A stretch of 63,757 nt of DNA, filler included. It is 5 parts of 5 records of this genome, joined end to end, with 100 filler letters (N's around TTAATTAATTAA, not from the genome) between each part and the next. Parts side by side here need not be neighbours in the genome. Positions count along the whole stretch, not along the records: positions 45,098 to 53,708 come from DRR723986_2440; positions 53,809 to 63,757 come from DRR723986_2450; 3 more parts are not named here. One strand, 5' to 3'. Positions within the stretch are counted from its first letter, which is position 1. Every line of letters starts with the position of its first letter. Position numbers and translations under genes: made by a program. Positions 49,634 to 60,484 of the stretch are shown here, piece after piece. Below the pieces are notes generated by a model, which worked only from the letters and a program-made list of their open reading frames with translations, ran no database searches and was not told where the DNA came from.

Positions 49634-51310
49634 TTATGCAGACCAGCCCATACGTGCGGGATGCAGTTCAAAGCCAATGTGGTGCGCCGCACCAACCAGA
49701 CCTTCTTTGGTGTGGTTGTAGAGAGAGCGCCAGTACGGCTGAATGGTCACGCCTTCGTCCTGGATCATCGCCTGGCCTTTGGCCATCAGGCCACGGCGCT
49801 TTTCAACGTCCGCAGTTGCGAGGGCTTCGGCCAGCAGTGCGTCAAACTCTGCATTGCTCCAGCCAAACTCGTTCCATGCTTCGCCGCTGCGATAGGCCAG
49901 GGCCCAGATCTGAACACCCAATGGACGGGCGTTCCAGTTGGTAGAGCTGAACGGATACTTGGACCAGTCATTCCAGAACGTCGAACCGGGCAGGATTGTC
50001 CGCTTGACCTTGATGCCCGCATCACGCAACTGCGCGGCAACCGCATCTGTGGTGTCTTTGCGCCAAGCATCGTCAATCGACATCAGCTCGTGCTCAAAGT
50101 CGGCCATGCCGGCTTCGTCCATCAGCGCCTTGGCGGCGGCAGGATCGACCTTGCGGGCTGGCATTTCGGCATATTCCGGGTGCATCGGACCAACGTGGTG
50201 GTTTTCCGCAACGATACCGCGGCCGCCATACCCCAGTTCCAGCAGAACTTCGTTGTCTACGGCCATGCCAATCGCCTGACGCACACGTTTGTCTGCGTAA
50301 GGCTGCTTGCCGTCAACTTCGGCCAGCTGGTTGGGACGGATAACGATTGTGGCAGCGGTCGCGATGGAGTTTTCGACCCAGCCATCCAGCGTCGACATGA
50401 TGTCGATGTATTCGCCTTCCATGGAGTAGAAGCCATCAACCTCTTCGGCTTCGGCTGCGGCGATCCATGCGGATGGGTCGGTGCCGTAGTCGATGTATTC
50501 CAGACGGTCGATGAAGGGTCCGCCGGTGATTTCTGTGCCCCACCATGTGTGGTCAGGGTTCTTGACCAGCACACCTTTCACGCCCACTTCGAGGGATTCT
50601 GGAAGATAAGGACCGGTGCCGATTGGGTTGTCCAGCATGGTGTCCGCGTTAAACGAGCTGTGGACAATCGCGGCGGGATAGTCGGCCATGCCAGGGATCA
50701 AGGTGATGTCCGACGCAGGCAGCATCAGTTTCACGGTGTGACTGTCGACGGCCTGAATGGCACCTTCGATGGCTTTGCCTGTGGCTTCGTCGATGAGAGT
50801 CGCAAAGCGGCCTGCCATGGAGTTGCCTTCAACGGATTTGTCACACCAGGCGGTGATGTTGCGGGCAACGTCTTCGGCGGTGAAGTCGTCACCGTTGTTC
50901 CACTTGACGCCCTTGCGGACGTTCAACGTGTATTCGGTTGCGTCTTCGTTGATTTCCCAGCTTTCAAGCAGTCCAGGTGTGAATGTACCGTCGTTTTCCC
51001 AGATCGCCAGATATTCCAGCCAACCACGCGAGAAGTTCGCGATTTGTGACCAGTCATAAGTGCGTGGATCTTTCAACGCGCGGACTTCCATCTGGATGCG
51101 GACAGTGCCGCCCGGTTTGATGTTGGCGTGTGCGGCGGCGTTTGCCGGAGCTGCCATGCCGATCATGGAATAGGCGGTGGCGGCGGTTGCGCCGAATGCG
51201 CTGGCCAATGCCAGGAACTCGCGGCGGTTGACCGGATCTTTCTTGGCGGCTTCTGCGGAATCGAGGATCGATTGCGGCAGTGGCTTTCCGGTGCGTGTCA
51301 AATAACTCAT
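49634..51310 (-). CDS. Peptide/nickel-family ABC substrate-binding protein (SBP_bac_5), Tat-type signal
   Basis: NRREFLA, PGLLESWE...LNVRKGVKWNNG.DFTAEDV, PIGTGPY, DKRVRQAI. ATG 51310 with GAGG SD. Confidence 0.9.
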   Translation of the reverse strand: MSYLTRTGKPLPQSILDSAEAAKKDPVNRREFLALASAFGATAATAYSMIGMAAPANAAAHANIKPGGTVRIQMEVRALKDPRTYDWSQIANFSRGWLEYLAIWENDGTFTPGLLESWEINEDATEYTLNVRKGVKWNNGDDFTAEDVARNITAWCDKSVEGNSMAGRFATLIDEATGKAIEGAIQAVDSHTVKLMLPASDITLIPGMADYPAAIVHSSFNADTMLDNPIGTGPYLPESLEVGVKGVLVKNPDHTWWGTEITGGPFIDRLEYIDYGTDPSAWIAAAEAEEVDGFYSMEGEYIDIMSTLDGWVENSIATAATIVIRPNQLAEVDGKQPYADKRVRQAIGMAVDNEVLLELGYGGRGIVAENHHVGPMHPEYAEMPARKVDPAAAKALMDEAGMADFEHELMSIDDAWRKDTTDAVAAQLRDAGIKVKRTILPGSTFWNDWSKYPFSSTNWNARPLGVQIWALAYRSGEAWNEFGWSNAEFDALLAEALATADVEKRRGLMAKGQAMIQDEGVTIQPYWRSLYNHTKEGLVGAAHHIGFELHPARMGWSA

Positions 51311-51833
51311 GTTCTTCCTCTCTGTTGTCGGTGGCGATCTCTGTGAGTCGCCCTTTGTGACGCCAATTTGATGGCGCCAGATGATACAGTTTTCCTGCTT
51401 TTCTGGCCCGCTGTCGCGGTTGCACGCCAATAGTCAAACACACAGACCCGTGGCGTCAAGCCCATCACGGTATCTTGTGCGATCAACAACGGGGTCAATT
51501 GGACCTGCAAATTGCGGTTGAGTGGCGCCGATGTGCCTCTTCGGATTTTGGTGCATTTTGTGAGCGGAGTTGCTCAAGACTGCGCCAATCCCGGTTTCAT
51601 TCCCTGAGCGCCAATTCTGACCACTGATGTGTCGTTTTCGGGCAAGCCGCCTGATGGCAAGCAGATAACCCCCGCCGGTATCCGGCGCTGTCTCAGGCGC
51701 TTTTGGGTGGCCCGTTTGAGTTCGTTTGTTTCCGTTTTGCGGCAGGTTTTGAAATAAAAAAAGTTTCGATTGGCTCGCCCGTGTTCGTGTTTCGCGCCGT
51801 AGAGAGCGGCAAAACGAATCTCTTTAGCGCGGT

Positions 51834-52022
51834 TTATCCGGCATCTGCGGCGGCTTGCATTAACAGCTTCAGTTTTTCCAAATCGCCGATTTCATTACTT
51901 AAAATTAAGACAAGCCGCGCATTTAACGCATGGCTCTGCGCCTCGCTCAACCCTTCGTGCAGGTCCATCAGCGCGTTATAAAAGGCATCGGTGTCTTGCC
52001 CTAGTTTGTCATCAAGGATCAT
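51834..52022 (-). CDS. DUF2783 family protein
   Basis: DAFYNALMDLHEGLSEAQSHALNARLVLILSNEIGD; ATGA-coupled to the monooxygenase. Confidence 0.85.
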   Translation of the reverse strand: MILDDKLGQDTDAFYNALMDLHEGLSEAQSHALNARLVLILSNEIGDLEKLKLLMQAAADAG

Positions 52023-53623
52023 AGCGCCGCTCCCATGGCGTTTTTCATTGCAGCGGTGATGGCGGCAGCGTCTGGCGTTGTGAACACAGCGCAAACATGG
52101 CCATCGGGGCGAAAGAGATAAATGTGGGCATTGCCGTAGCGGCGGATGGCGTGACCGTCCGTCGCGTCAAAGCAGGGGTAATCGCCACGGCTGTTGATGC
52201 CGATGCGGGCGATGCCGTCGATTTGCGGTAATGCCACGTCGCCAAAGCCGACCAGCGTAAACTGCCCCTGCACCTCGCGGATCAGCCAAGTGTCACCATC
52301 AGGGCCGGTCAATGGGGCATCGGTGATCACCGCGCCGGGGGGCACGGGGGCATCACCAGCGGTTTGCAGGGCCATTCCTTCCAGTGAGCACGGCAAGGAC
52401 AGCCGCCCCGAATTGATCAATCGGCGGGCAAAGGGGTGGCGGCTCGCGAGGGTTAGAACCTCATCGCGGAAAAGCGCTTCAATCGGGGATTTTGGCGTCA
52501 TAAAGTTTGTGGCGCGGGACGAGTTCAGGATGTTCTCAGCCGATCCATGGGTGCGCTCTTCGCTGTAGGTGTCGATCAGGGCAGGCGGGGCGTCGCCGCG
52601 CAACACGGCGGCCAGCTTCCAACCGAGGTTATCCAGATCCTGCACCCCGCCATTGCCGCCACGCGCGCCAAAGGGGCTGACCACATGGGCGCTGTCCCCG
52701 ACAAACAAAACCCGGTTATGCACAAAACGGTCCAGCTTGGCACAGCGGAATTTATAGACGCTCATCCAATCAAGGCGAAATGGTGCATCTCCGACGATCT
52801 GTTTGATCCGGGGGATCACCTTTTCTTCGGTGGCTTCTTCCTTGGGGTCTGTGTCCGGCCCAAGTTGCAGATCAATCCGGTAGATGTTGTCGGGCTGTTT
52901 GTGCAGCAGCGCCGATTGACCCGGATGGAAGGGCGGTGCGAACCAGAACCAGCGTTCGGGCGTGTCGTGGTCACCAAAGGGCGAGGTTTCCATTTCCACG
53001 TCCACAATCAGGAAATGCTCTTCGAAGGTCTGACCATCAAAGGCGAGGTTCATGCGCTGCCGCGTGGCACTGCCGGCCCCGTCACAGGCGATGTACCACT
53101 CCGCCTCAAGCGTATAGGTGCCATCGGGGGTTTCAACGGTCAGTTCGACATGATCGCCCTTGTCCGTATGATCGACGACTTTGTTGAGGAACCGCAGGTC
53201 GATCAGGTCTGGAAAGTCCTGCGCCCGTTCGACCAGATATTGTTCGACGTAGTATTGTTGCAGGTTGATGAAGGCAGGGTATTTGTGCCCCGGCTCTGGC
53301 AAAAGATCAAAGCTGTAGATCTCATCCTTGCCATGGAACTGACGCCCGACTTTCCATGTCACGCCTTTTTCCAGCATCCGTTCGCCCACGCCGAGCCGGT
53401 CAAAGATTTCCAGCGTGCGCTTGGACCAACAGATCGCCCGCGATCCGACTGACACCACATTATTGTCATCCAGAACCAGCGATTTGACGCCCTGCTGCGC
53501 AAGGTCCACTGCCATGGCCAAACCGATTGGACCTGCGCCCACAATCACAACCGGATGGCGCGGCTCGGGTCCGCTTAAACCGGGCGGTGCGATATAGGGG
53601 TATGGGGCGTAATCATAGGCCAT
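52019..53623 (-). CDS. FAD-dependent aromatic monooxygenase (MhpA/PheA-like)
   Basis: GAGPIG, ACDGAGS, GDSAH..SPFGARGGNGG..D..NLGWKL, FRPDGHV. Confidence 0.9.
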   Translation of the reverse strand: MAYDYAPYPYIAPPGLSGPEPRHPVVIVGAGPIGLAMAVDLAQQGVKSLVLDDNNVVSVGSRAICWSKRTLEIFDRLGVGERMLEKGVTWKVGRQFHGKDEIYSFDLLPEPGHKYPAFINLQQYYVEQYLVERAQDFPDLIDLRFLNKVVDHTDKGDHVELTVETPDGTYTLEAEWYIACDGAGSATRQRMNLAFDGQTFEEHFLIVDVEMETSPFGDHDTPERWFWFAPPFHPGQSALLHKQPDNIYRIDLQLGPDTDPKEEATEEKVIPRIKQIVGDAPFRLDWMSVYKFRCAKLDRFVHNRVLFVGDSAHVVSPFGARGGNGGVQDLDNLGWKLAAVLRGDAPPALIDTYSEERTHGSAENILNSSRATNFMTPKSPIEALFRDEVLTLASRHPFARRLINSGRLSLPCSLEGMALQTAGDAPVPPGAVITDAPLTGPDGDTWLIREVQGQFTLVGFGDVALPQIDGIARIGINSRGDYPCFDATDGHAIRRYGNAHIYLFRPDGHVCAVFTTPDAAAITAAMKNAMGAAL

Positions 53624-53708
53624 GGGGCGCTCCTGTTTTGGGTGTTTTTCGGGTCAGCCTTGCAGGGCCTCCCACATTTCCAGATCGCGCTGTGCGGTCC
53701 AGATGCGG

Positions 53709-53808
53709 NNNNNNNNNNNNNNNNNNNNNNNNNNNNNNNNNNNNNNNNNNNNTTAATTAATTAANNNNNNNNNNNNNNNNNNNNNNNNNNNNNNNNNNNN
53801 NNNNNNNN
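53709..53808. other. Artificial contig linker
   Basis: N-run + TTAATTAATTAA + N-run. Confidence 0.97.
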
Positions 53809-53903
53809 GCACGCTATACGTCCGTGCGACTCGCACTAAGCGGAGCACACCGCAATCCAACTTCCGCCCATGCAGAACATGGGCGCAGGTGGATGACCAG
53901 CGG

Positions 53904-55544
53904 CTAGCTATTGATGCGTGATTCGACTTCGGCAACGATATCGTCAATTTTCACGCGAGTTTGCTCCAAGGAGTCTCGATCGCGAAGCGTGACGGTCTTG
54001 TCGGTGAGTGAATCACCATCGACGGTGATGCAGTAAGGTGTTCCCGCTTCATCCTGACGACGATAACGCCGCCCAACGGCTCCCTTTTCATCGTAGAAGA
54101 CGTTGAACTTCTGCTTCAGAGCTCGGTAGATATCCTTGGCTACCTCAGGCATGCCGTCTTTCTTCACCAGTGGGAAAACGGCCGCCTTGATAGGTGCCAA
54201 ACGTGGGTGAAGGGACAGCAGCGTTCGCGTCTGCATCTTCCCCTTGTCGTCGGGCGCTGAATCTTCCTTGTACGCTTCACAAAGGAACGCCAACGTCGCT
54301 CGATCAGCACCAGCCGATGGCTCAATAACGTGTGGTGTGAAGCGTTCGTTGGTCACCTCGTCACGGTACGTCAGATCTTTACCACTGCCACGGTACTTGG
54401 GTTTACCATGCTCGTTGAGCTGCACCTGGAGTGGATTCGACTTTTCGTCCAGCTTGCCTTCCATATGGCTGCGAAGATCAAAATCGCCTCTGTGTGCAAT
54501 CCCTTCAAGCTCGCCGTATTCGCCTTCGGGAAGAAATGGGAACGCATACTCAACGTCCGCTGTCCCAGTCGAGTAGTGACTCAATTCATCTTCAGCATGC
54601 TCGCGTAGGATAAGCCGATCACCAGAAAGCCCCAGCTCTTTGTACCAGGCCATCCGGCGATCGCGCCAGTACTTGTACCATTGCGCCGAAGTATCCGGGT
54701 GGCAGAAGAACTCGATCTCCATTTGCTCGAACTCACGTGATCGAAACGTGAAGTTCCGCGGCGTGATTTCATTTCGGAAGCTCTTACCAACTTGAGCGAC
54801 GCCAAAGGGAATCTTGACTCGCGTGCTGTCGACGACATTGCGAAAATTCACAAAGATGCCTTGAGCGGTTTCAGGTCGCAGAAAAGCTCGATCGTCTTCA
54901 CCACCAAGTGCACCGATGGTGGTTGGGAACATCAAATTGAAGTCGCGTGGTTCGGTGAGCGTCCCTTTCGATTTGGCGTCAGGACCAACCACTTCATCAA
55001 AGCTGTCCATGTCGGACAGAATGACGATGTCCGATTCGATTTCAATCTTGGAAGCATCTTTGTTGCGCAGCCCAAAGTACTTCAACGCTTGGGCCTGGAT
55101 ATCAGGCATCGGATCGTCGCTGCCCATCGTCGTGACAAGCACCCGCTCTGGCTCGGGCGCTGGTCCATCACCATGATGCTTCTTCGCCCCCTTAACCCAT
55201 GCCCCGACGACATGATCCCAGCGATAACGCTTCTTGGATTCGCGGCAATCGACCATCTTATCCACGAACAAATCGAAGTGCCCTGAACACTTCCAGACCT
55301 GCGGGTGCATGATAATCGTACAGTCGAGTCCGGCCATTTCGTAGGTCGACGGAGCGCCGTTGAGTACGGACATGTCGTCGTGCCCGCTGACCATATCACG
55401 CCACCAAGCCTCCTTTACATTCCGCTTCAACTCGACACCTAGCGGACCGTAATCCCAGAATCCGTTCAGCCCGCCGTAAATCTCACTGGATTGAAACAGG
55501 AAGCCGCGGCGTTTGCACAGCGAGACAAGTTTTTCCATTTCCAT
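53904..55544 (-). CDS. glyQS: Glycine--tRNA ligase, alpha2 (eukaryote/archaea-like) type
   Basis: LCKRRGF, DYGPLG, FLRPETAQG, FRNEITP..F.FRSREFEQME, VIEPSAG, GRRYRRQDEAGTPYC. Confidence 0.95.
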   Translation of the reverse strand: MEMEKLVSLCKRRGFLFQSSEIYGGLNGFWDYGPLGVELKRNVKEAWWRDMVSGHDDMSVLNGAPSTYEMAGLDCTIIMHPQVWKCSGHFDLFVDKMVDCRESKKRYRWDHVVGAWVKGAKKHHGDGPAPEPERVLVTTMGSDDPMPDIQAQALKYFGLRNKDASKIEIESDIVILSDMDSFDEVVGPDAKSKGTLTEPRDFNLMFPTTIGALGGEDDRAFLRPETAQGIFVNFRNVVDSTRVKIPFGVAQVGKSFRNEITPRNFTFRSREFEQMEIEFFCHPDTSAQWYKYWRDRRMAWYKELGLSGDRLILREHAEDELSHYSTGTADVEYAFPFLPEGEYGELEGIAHRGDFDLRSHMEGKLDEKSNPLQVQLNEHGKPKYRGSGKDLTYRDEVTNERFTPHVIEPSAGADRATLAFLCEAYKEDSAPDDKGKMQTRTLLSLHPRLAPIKAAVFPLVKKDGMPEVAKDIYRALKQKFNVFYDEKGAVGRRYRRQDEAGTPYCITVDGDSLTDKTVTLRDRDSLEQTRVKIDDIVAEVESRINS

Positions 55545-55622
55545 AGTTGTGCTCTTGGATCGTATGACGTTTTCTTTGATGACTCTGTGGGTCAAGGACG
55601 GACACTCGGCACCGCATGACCA

Positions 55623-56495
55623 TTATTTTCTTAGCTCAAGCACCCTAGCTTTGCCGGACAGATCTTTGATCACTTCAACACGAAAGTGCTCGGGGATAAA
55701 CTCCCGACGGCGATCTACCAACATGGGCGACATCTCAATAAGGACGGCCCCTCCAGGTGCAAGCATCGGTTCAGCCTGGTTAATCAGCTCGCGAATTAGT
55801 TCAAAGCCTTCGACGCCGCCAACTAGTGCACCTTGCGGCTCATAATCACGGACATCGACGGCCAATTCTCGATACTCGCTTTCGCTGACATAGGGCGGAT
55901 TGCTAAGTATCAGATCAAACGGTTCGTGCCCAGAGAGACCGGCAAGCAAATCTGATTGGATAAATTCGATGCGGTCGCTTACTTCATGCTTTTCTGCATT
56001 ACTGGACGCAATTTCAATCGCCTCGGGTGAGACATCCACGGCCACGACGGTCGAGTCGGCAAAATGCTTTGCAAATGAAACAGCAACACACCCACTACCT
56101 GTCCCTACATCGAGAACTCGCAGTGGTCGCTCGGCGTTTTTTTGCAATTCGGCGGCGATATCCAAGCCACGAACAACCAAATGCTCCGTCTCGGGACGCG
56201 GAATTAAAGTCGCTTTGGTAACGGCAAAATCTAACGAGTAGAATTCTTTGTGACCGACCAAGTAAGCGACAGGAGCTCCCTCGGCACGCTGGCGAACCAA
56301 CTCGCGAAACGCGGCTTTTACTTCGTCCTGCGGCTCTTCGTCAAACGCGGTGTACAACTCGATGCGCTGGCAGCCGCGAGACTGAGCCAAAAGCACTTCG
56401 GCGTCTAACCGCGGCGACTGAGAACCATGCTGCTTGAGGAAGTCCGTCGTCCAGGTGAGTAACTTGCCTACAGTCCAGATTTCCGGCGGGTTCAC
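55623..56495 (-). CDS. prmC: Release factor glutamine methyltransferase
   Basis: [28 protein letters not shown]; coupled to prfA. Confidence 0.95.
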   Translation of the reverse strand: MNPPEIWTVGKLLTWTTDFLKQHGSQSPRLDAEVLLAQSRGCQRIELYTAFDEEPQDEVKAAFRELVRQRAEGAPVAYLVGHKEFYSLDFAVTKATLIPRPETEHLVVRGLDIAAELQKNAERPLRVLDVGTGSGCVAVSFAKHFADSTVVAVDVSPEAIEIASSNAEKHEVSDRIEFIQSDLLAGLSGHEPFDLILSNPPYVSESEYRELAVDVRDYEPQGALVGGVEGFELIRELINQAEPMLAPGGAVLIEMSPMLVDRRREFIPEHFRVEVIKDLSGKARVLELRK

Positions 56496-57571
56496 TGGCT
56501 ACTCTCCGTGTCGCCGCGCAGTTGATCGCGCTCGTATTCCAAGAGAGCTTCCGTTACCGGACTAAGGTCTCCGGCGATAACGTGATCAAGCTTGTAGAGG
56601 GTAAAGTTGATGCGGTGATCGGTGATTCGATTCTGCGGAAAGTTATACGTCCGAATCCGTTGACTGCGATCGCCGGAGCCAATCAAGCTCTTTCGCGCAT
56701 CGGCCCGTTTCTGTGCTTCAAGCTGTTGTCGGTGGTCGTACAAGCGGCTCTTCAGGACTCGCAGCGCCTTGGCCAAGTTCTTGATCTGGCTTTTCTCGTC
56801 CTGACACTGCACGACGATCCCGGTCTCAAAGTGAGTTAATCGGATGGCGGATTCTGTCTTGTTGACGTGCTGTCCACCGGGCCCGCTAGCACCGAATTTG
56901 TCGACTCGATACTCGTCCTTGGACAGCTCGATCTCGACATCCTCTGGCTCGGCCATAACGGCTACCGTCGCGGCTGACGTGTGAACCCGGCCCTGGGTCT
57001 CTGTTTCCGGCACCCGTTGGACTCGATGCCCGCCACTTTCGAATTGCAGCTCTCGGAAGACGCCCTCGCCCTCGAGGCCGAGCACGATTTCTTTGAACCC
57101 ACCACGTTCGGTGGCGCTCATGTCCATGATCTCCGTCTTCCAGCCCTTCGCTTCGGCATTTCGCTTGTACATCTCGTACAAGTCTCGGGCGAACAGGGCC
57201 GCTTCGTCGCCACCGGTCCCAGCTCGTATTTCCATCACGCATCGCGTCCGGTTGGCGTCTTCACCGCCGATGGTCATCTCCAGCAGCTCGTCCCAAAGCT
57301 TTTCGCGACCACTCCGCAGCGAACCGAGCTCCTCCTCGGCCATTTCCCGCTCTTCAGGATCATCGCTGGCCGCCATTTCGGCCAAACCATCGATATCCTC
57401 GCTCATTTTGTTAAACGACCGAAACTTGTTGGCCACTTTGGCAAGCGAACCGTGCTCGCGAGCGTAAGCGGCCATCTTGCTCGAGTCGGACATCACTTCT
57501 TGATCGCTCATCAACCGCTCCAACTCTTCGAAGCGGTCCAGTTTGGTTTGCAGATCTTCGCGAATGTTCAT
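56492..57571 (-). CDS. prfA: Peptide chain release factor 1
   Basis: [20 protein letters not shown] (PxT), [14 protein letters not shown]. Confidence 0.97.
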   Translation of the reverse strand: MNIREDLQTKLDRFEELERLMSDQEVMSDSSKMAAYAREHGSLAKVANKFRSFNKMSEDIDGLAEMAASDDPEEREMAEEELGSLRSGREKLWDELLEMTIGGEDANRTRCVMEIRAGTGGDEAALFARDLYEMYKRNAEAKGWKTEIMDMSATERGGFKEIVLGLEGEGVFRELQFESGGHRVQRVPETETQGRVHTSAATVAVMAEPEDVEIELSKDEYRVDKFGASGPGGQHVNKTESAIRLTHFETGIVVQCQDEKSQIKNLAKALRVLKSRLYDHRQQLEAQKRADARKSLIGSGDRSQRIRTYNFPQNRITDHRINFTLYKLDHVIAGDLSPVTEALLEYERDQLRGDTESSQ

Positions 57572-57687
57572 TTGATCGATTTCGATGGATGTGAAGTTTG
57601 ATACGGCCGCCTGTTATGTTTGCGACCAGCGCTGGACTCAGCCTGCGCCCCGACGTTGAACGCTTTCGGCACGCTGCTGCAGCTATG

Positions 57688-57727
57688 AAAAAGAAAAGCC
57701 CGACGCATCCATCGGGTGCGTCGGGCT
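57688..57727 (-). terminator. Intrinsic terminator between rpmE and prfA
   Basis: Minus strand AGCCCGACGCACCC-GAT-GGATGCGTCGGGCT-TTTCTTTTT. Confidence 0.8.
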
Positions 57728-57896
57728 CATTCTGCTGTCTCGATTGTCAGCTTCCACGGCTGGGACACCGGCGGAAATATTGAGCTGCCCGCGTGGATGC
57801 ACATCCAGGCGACCGGCGTGAGTCGCCATATGAACGGCACTTGGCACCGTGGTACCAGGTCGCCCAAAACAAGGCCACTCACCACGCGGAGCGTAG

Positions 57897-58136
57897 CTAC
57901 TTCTTCTTTTTCTTTGGCTTTTGAAGACTTGCGTAAGTACCAGCGGCAAACTTGGTCTGGAACTTCTCAATCCGTCCCGCTGTATCAACAAACTTCAGCT
58001 TGCCGGTGTAGAAGGGGTGGCAAGCGTTGCAAATATCAATCTTCAGCTCGGAGCGAATGCTGCGAGTCTGAAATGAGTTGCCGCAACCACAAGTGACTGT
58101 GGTTTCTTGGTAGTTGGGGTGGATATCTGCCTTCAT
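57897..58136 (-). CDS. rpmE: 50S ribosomal protein L31 (Zn-binding C+ type)
   Basis: [22 protein letters not shown]. Confidence 0.97.
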   Translation of the reverse strand: MKADIHPNYQETTVTCGCGNSFQTRSIRSELKIDICNACHPFYTGKLKFVDTAGRIEKFQTKFAAGTYASLQKPKKKKK

Positions 58137-58291
58137 CGCTTTTGCCTTTGCGGCTCATAATCAGTTTGAATCGTTGAATTCCATCGCTCACGGTGTGGGC
58201 GCACTGCCCTCCCAGCGAACGAGAACCTCAGATCTTATCGGTGCAAATCCGTTTATTCAATGGCAAACTTGGCTGTTTTGGCCCAAATGCC

Positions 58292-59362
58292 TTAGCGGCC
58301 ATTTACTGGCGTGAAGGTGCCCAGGTTCTCTTCAGCGATCGCCTCAAGCGTCGCCCGACCACGAGCACTGAATAGGTGAACCGTGTGAATCGGGGTTCGA
58401 CGATACTCTTGACCAGGACCATTAGTCCTCCGCAGCATGGTTCGAGAGTTATCCTTCAGTTCACCGTCGGACAGCAAGAAAATCGCATCTGGACCAAGCC
58501 CCAACGCGAATCGCAGCGCCTCGGCAGGCCGCGTCGAAGGCCCTAACCGACTATTTTTCGACCTCAGCCACCGCCGCACACGGATGGCCGAATCGTCTTC
58601 AGCTTCGAGAAAGACCGCTCTCTCCGGAGGGACATTGAACAGATACGACGTCTTCTGATCGAAACAAAGGATGAAAAACTCCTGGCCAGGAGCCAACCCT
58701 CGAATACTGTCAACCAACTTGTTGCACGCATACGTCCAGCGATCACCCCGCATACTACTGGAGCTATCAAGCACGTAAACGAACCGATTCCCGGCAGCAT
58801 AAGCACCAAAGAAGCTAGCGCCCTTGCCACGCGTCTCCAACCCCTCCGAAATTGACTTACCGGATAGGCTCGCCAAAGTGGCTTCAACTGCCCCGTCTCC
58901 AGATGAATCCAGCCGGGACAGCAGATCAGATATCTCGACGTCGACCGTGACATCAGGCTCATCAATCTCAGGAACCAGATCCGCGGCCGCTTCCTCTGGA
59001 GCTCCCGAAAAGTCACTCGACAATTCAAAATCCGTCGCCAGCGATTCACCGACAGCCGCCGTAAACATCACCCCTTCACTTGGACGCCCTACGGTGTAGA
59101 CGCAGAGCGCCAGCACCAGCAGCAATGTGAGGTGGAAAATAAAGCTGACCAGAAACGCAGCCCCGCTACCCGTTCGATTGTAGGCAACCTGAGTGAGCTT
59201 GAGTTCATCGGCGGACACCGACTCAGCGGATGTTGAAGCAGCAACCTCGCTACCCAATTGAGCCGCCGCAGCGACTTGTGGCAGCCCTTCCGTGGAGTCT
59301 GCAACCAAATCCAAACCATCTTGCGACGAAGCTTGGGGAGTGTTGTTCAACACTGCTGTCAT
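58292..59362 (-). CDS. Membrane-anchored von Willebrand factor A domain protein
   Basis: TM LVSFIFHLTLLLVLA, acidic linker, ASFFG, MIDAS YVLDSSSSM, PDAIFLLSDG. Confidence 0.85.
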   Translation of the reverse strand: MTAVLNNTPQASSQDGLDLVADSTEGLPQVAAAAQLGSEVAASTSAESVSADELKLTQVAYNRTGSGAAFLVSFIFHLTLLLVLALCVYTVGRPSEGVMFTAAVGESLATDFELSSDFSGAPEEAAADLVPEIDEPDVTVDVEISDLLSRLDSSGDGAVEATLASLSGKSISEGLETRGKGASFFGAYAAGNRFVYVLDSSSSMRGDRWTYACNKLVDSIRGLAPGQEFFILCFDQKTSYLFNVPPERAVFLEAEDDSAIRVRRWLRSKNSRLGPSTRPAEALRFALGLGPDAIFLLSDGELKDNSRTMLRRTNGPGQEYRRTPIHTVHLFSARGRATLEAIAEENLGTFTPVNGR

Positions 59363-59630
59363 AGCTGTCGCCTTAGGTTAAATCGCCTACAGTCCACATC
59401 GCACGCACCTGCCGACGCCTTCCCACCAAATCCAAGCAGGCGAAACACAGCTACCACCCGATCAGGGCGTATTCCACCGCTCGCGCAACGCAACTGGACA
59501 AGATTTTTTGCGAGCAAGTTTCGCAGCAGCCCGCAGCACTTCCGACGCATCGATACTCTCAATATACGAATTCCGCCTCTCACCAGCAAACTAATTCTTG
59601 GAAGCCCCCAACCAGCTCGATTGCAGCGCC

Positions 59631-60460
59631 CCATCACGCCGGGGCCCGGCCGCTAACGCGTCGCGGCTCACAGAACCGACTGCATTTCGTCTGACCGATG
59701 AGCAAACGCAGCAGAAAAAGTCTCTCACAGAGGCACGGGGGCACAGAGAAATCCGCGTGCGCTCAATCGAAACACGGCGGTTCACATAGCGCCCCCAGGT
59801 TCTTTAACCTGTTGCGTTCATTTGATCTGCGAAACCGCACAGAACCAACAAGACGCCTGCACACTATTCCACTTCTTCTCTGTGGCTCTGTGCCTCCGTG
59901 AGAGACATTCTTATCCGCCGCCGTTTGCACACACCATCACGCCGGAGCCCGGCCGCTAACGCGTCGCGGCTCACAAACTCGATTGCATTTCGTCTGACCG
60001 ATGAGCAAACCCAGCAGAAAAAGTCTCTCACAAAGGCACGGGGGCACAGAGAAATCCGTTCGCTCGATATTCGCACGGCGGTCCACAAAGTGAACCAACG
60101 CACCCCCAGGCTCTTCAAATTGTTACGTTCATTTGATCTGCGAAACCGTACAGAACCAACGAGATGCCTGCACACCGCTCCGCTCTTCTCTGTGGCTCAG
60201 CGCCTCCGTGAGAGACACTCTTATCCGCCCCGCCTGTGCACACCATCACGCCGGGGCCTATGACGCGTCGCGGCTCACAGACCTCGACTGCATTTCGCCT
60301 GGCCGATGAGCAAACGCAGGAGAACCAATCGGATGCCTGCACACTGTTCCGCTCTTCTCTGCGGCTCTGTGCCTCCGTGAGAAACATTCTTATCCGCCCG
60401 CTTTCACACACCATCACGCCGGGGCCCGGCCGCTGACGCGTCACGGCTCACAGAACCGAT
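59631..60460. repeat. Composite tandem repeat array (REP-like palindrome + 31-bp inverted-repeat module)
   Basis: Units start at CCATCACGCC: 59631 (303 bp), 59934 (309 bp), 60243 (168 bp) and 60411 (partial). Confidence 0.92.
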
Positions 60461-60484
60461 TCCCGCTTTCGTGTCACTGTGAGC

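Noticed and set aside
51311-51833. ncRNA or ORF 51703-51981 in the 520-bp spacer
   Set aside because: No convincing structure or coding signal beyond a terminator-like hairpin and a possible promoter.
59631-60460. CRISPR array or coding repeats (ORFs 59598-59789, 59898-60263 etc.)
   Set aside because: Inter-repeat segments are homologous to one another rather than unique spacers; ORFs are not preserved between units; no cas genes.
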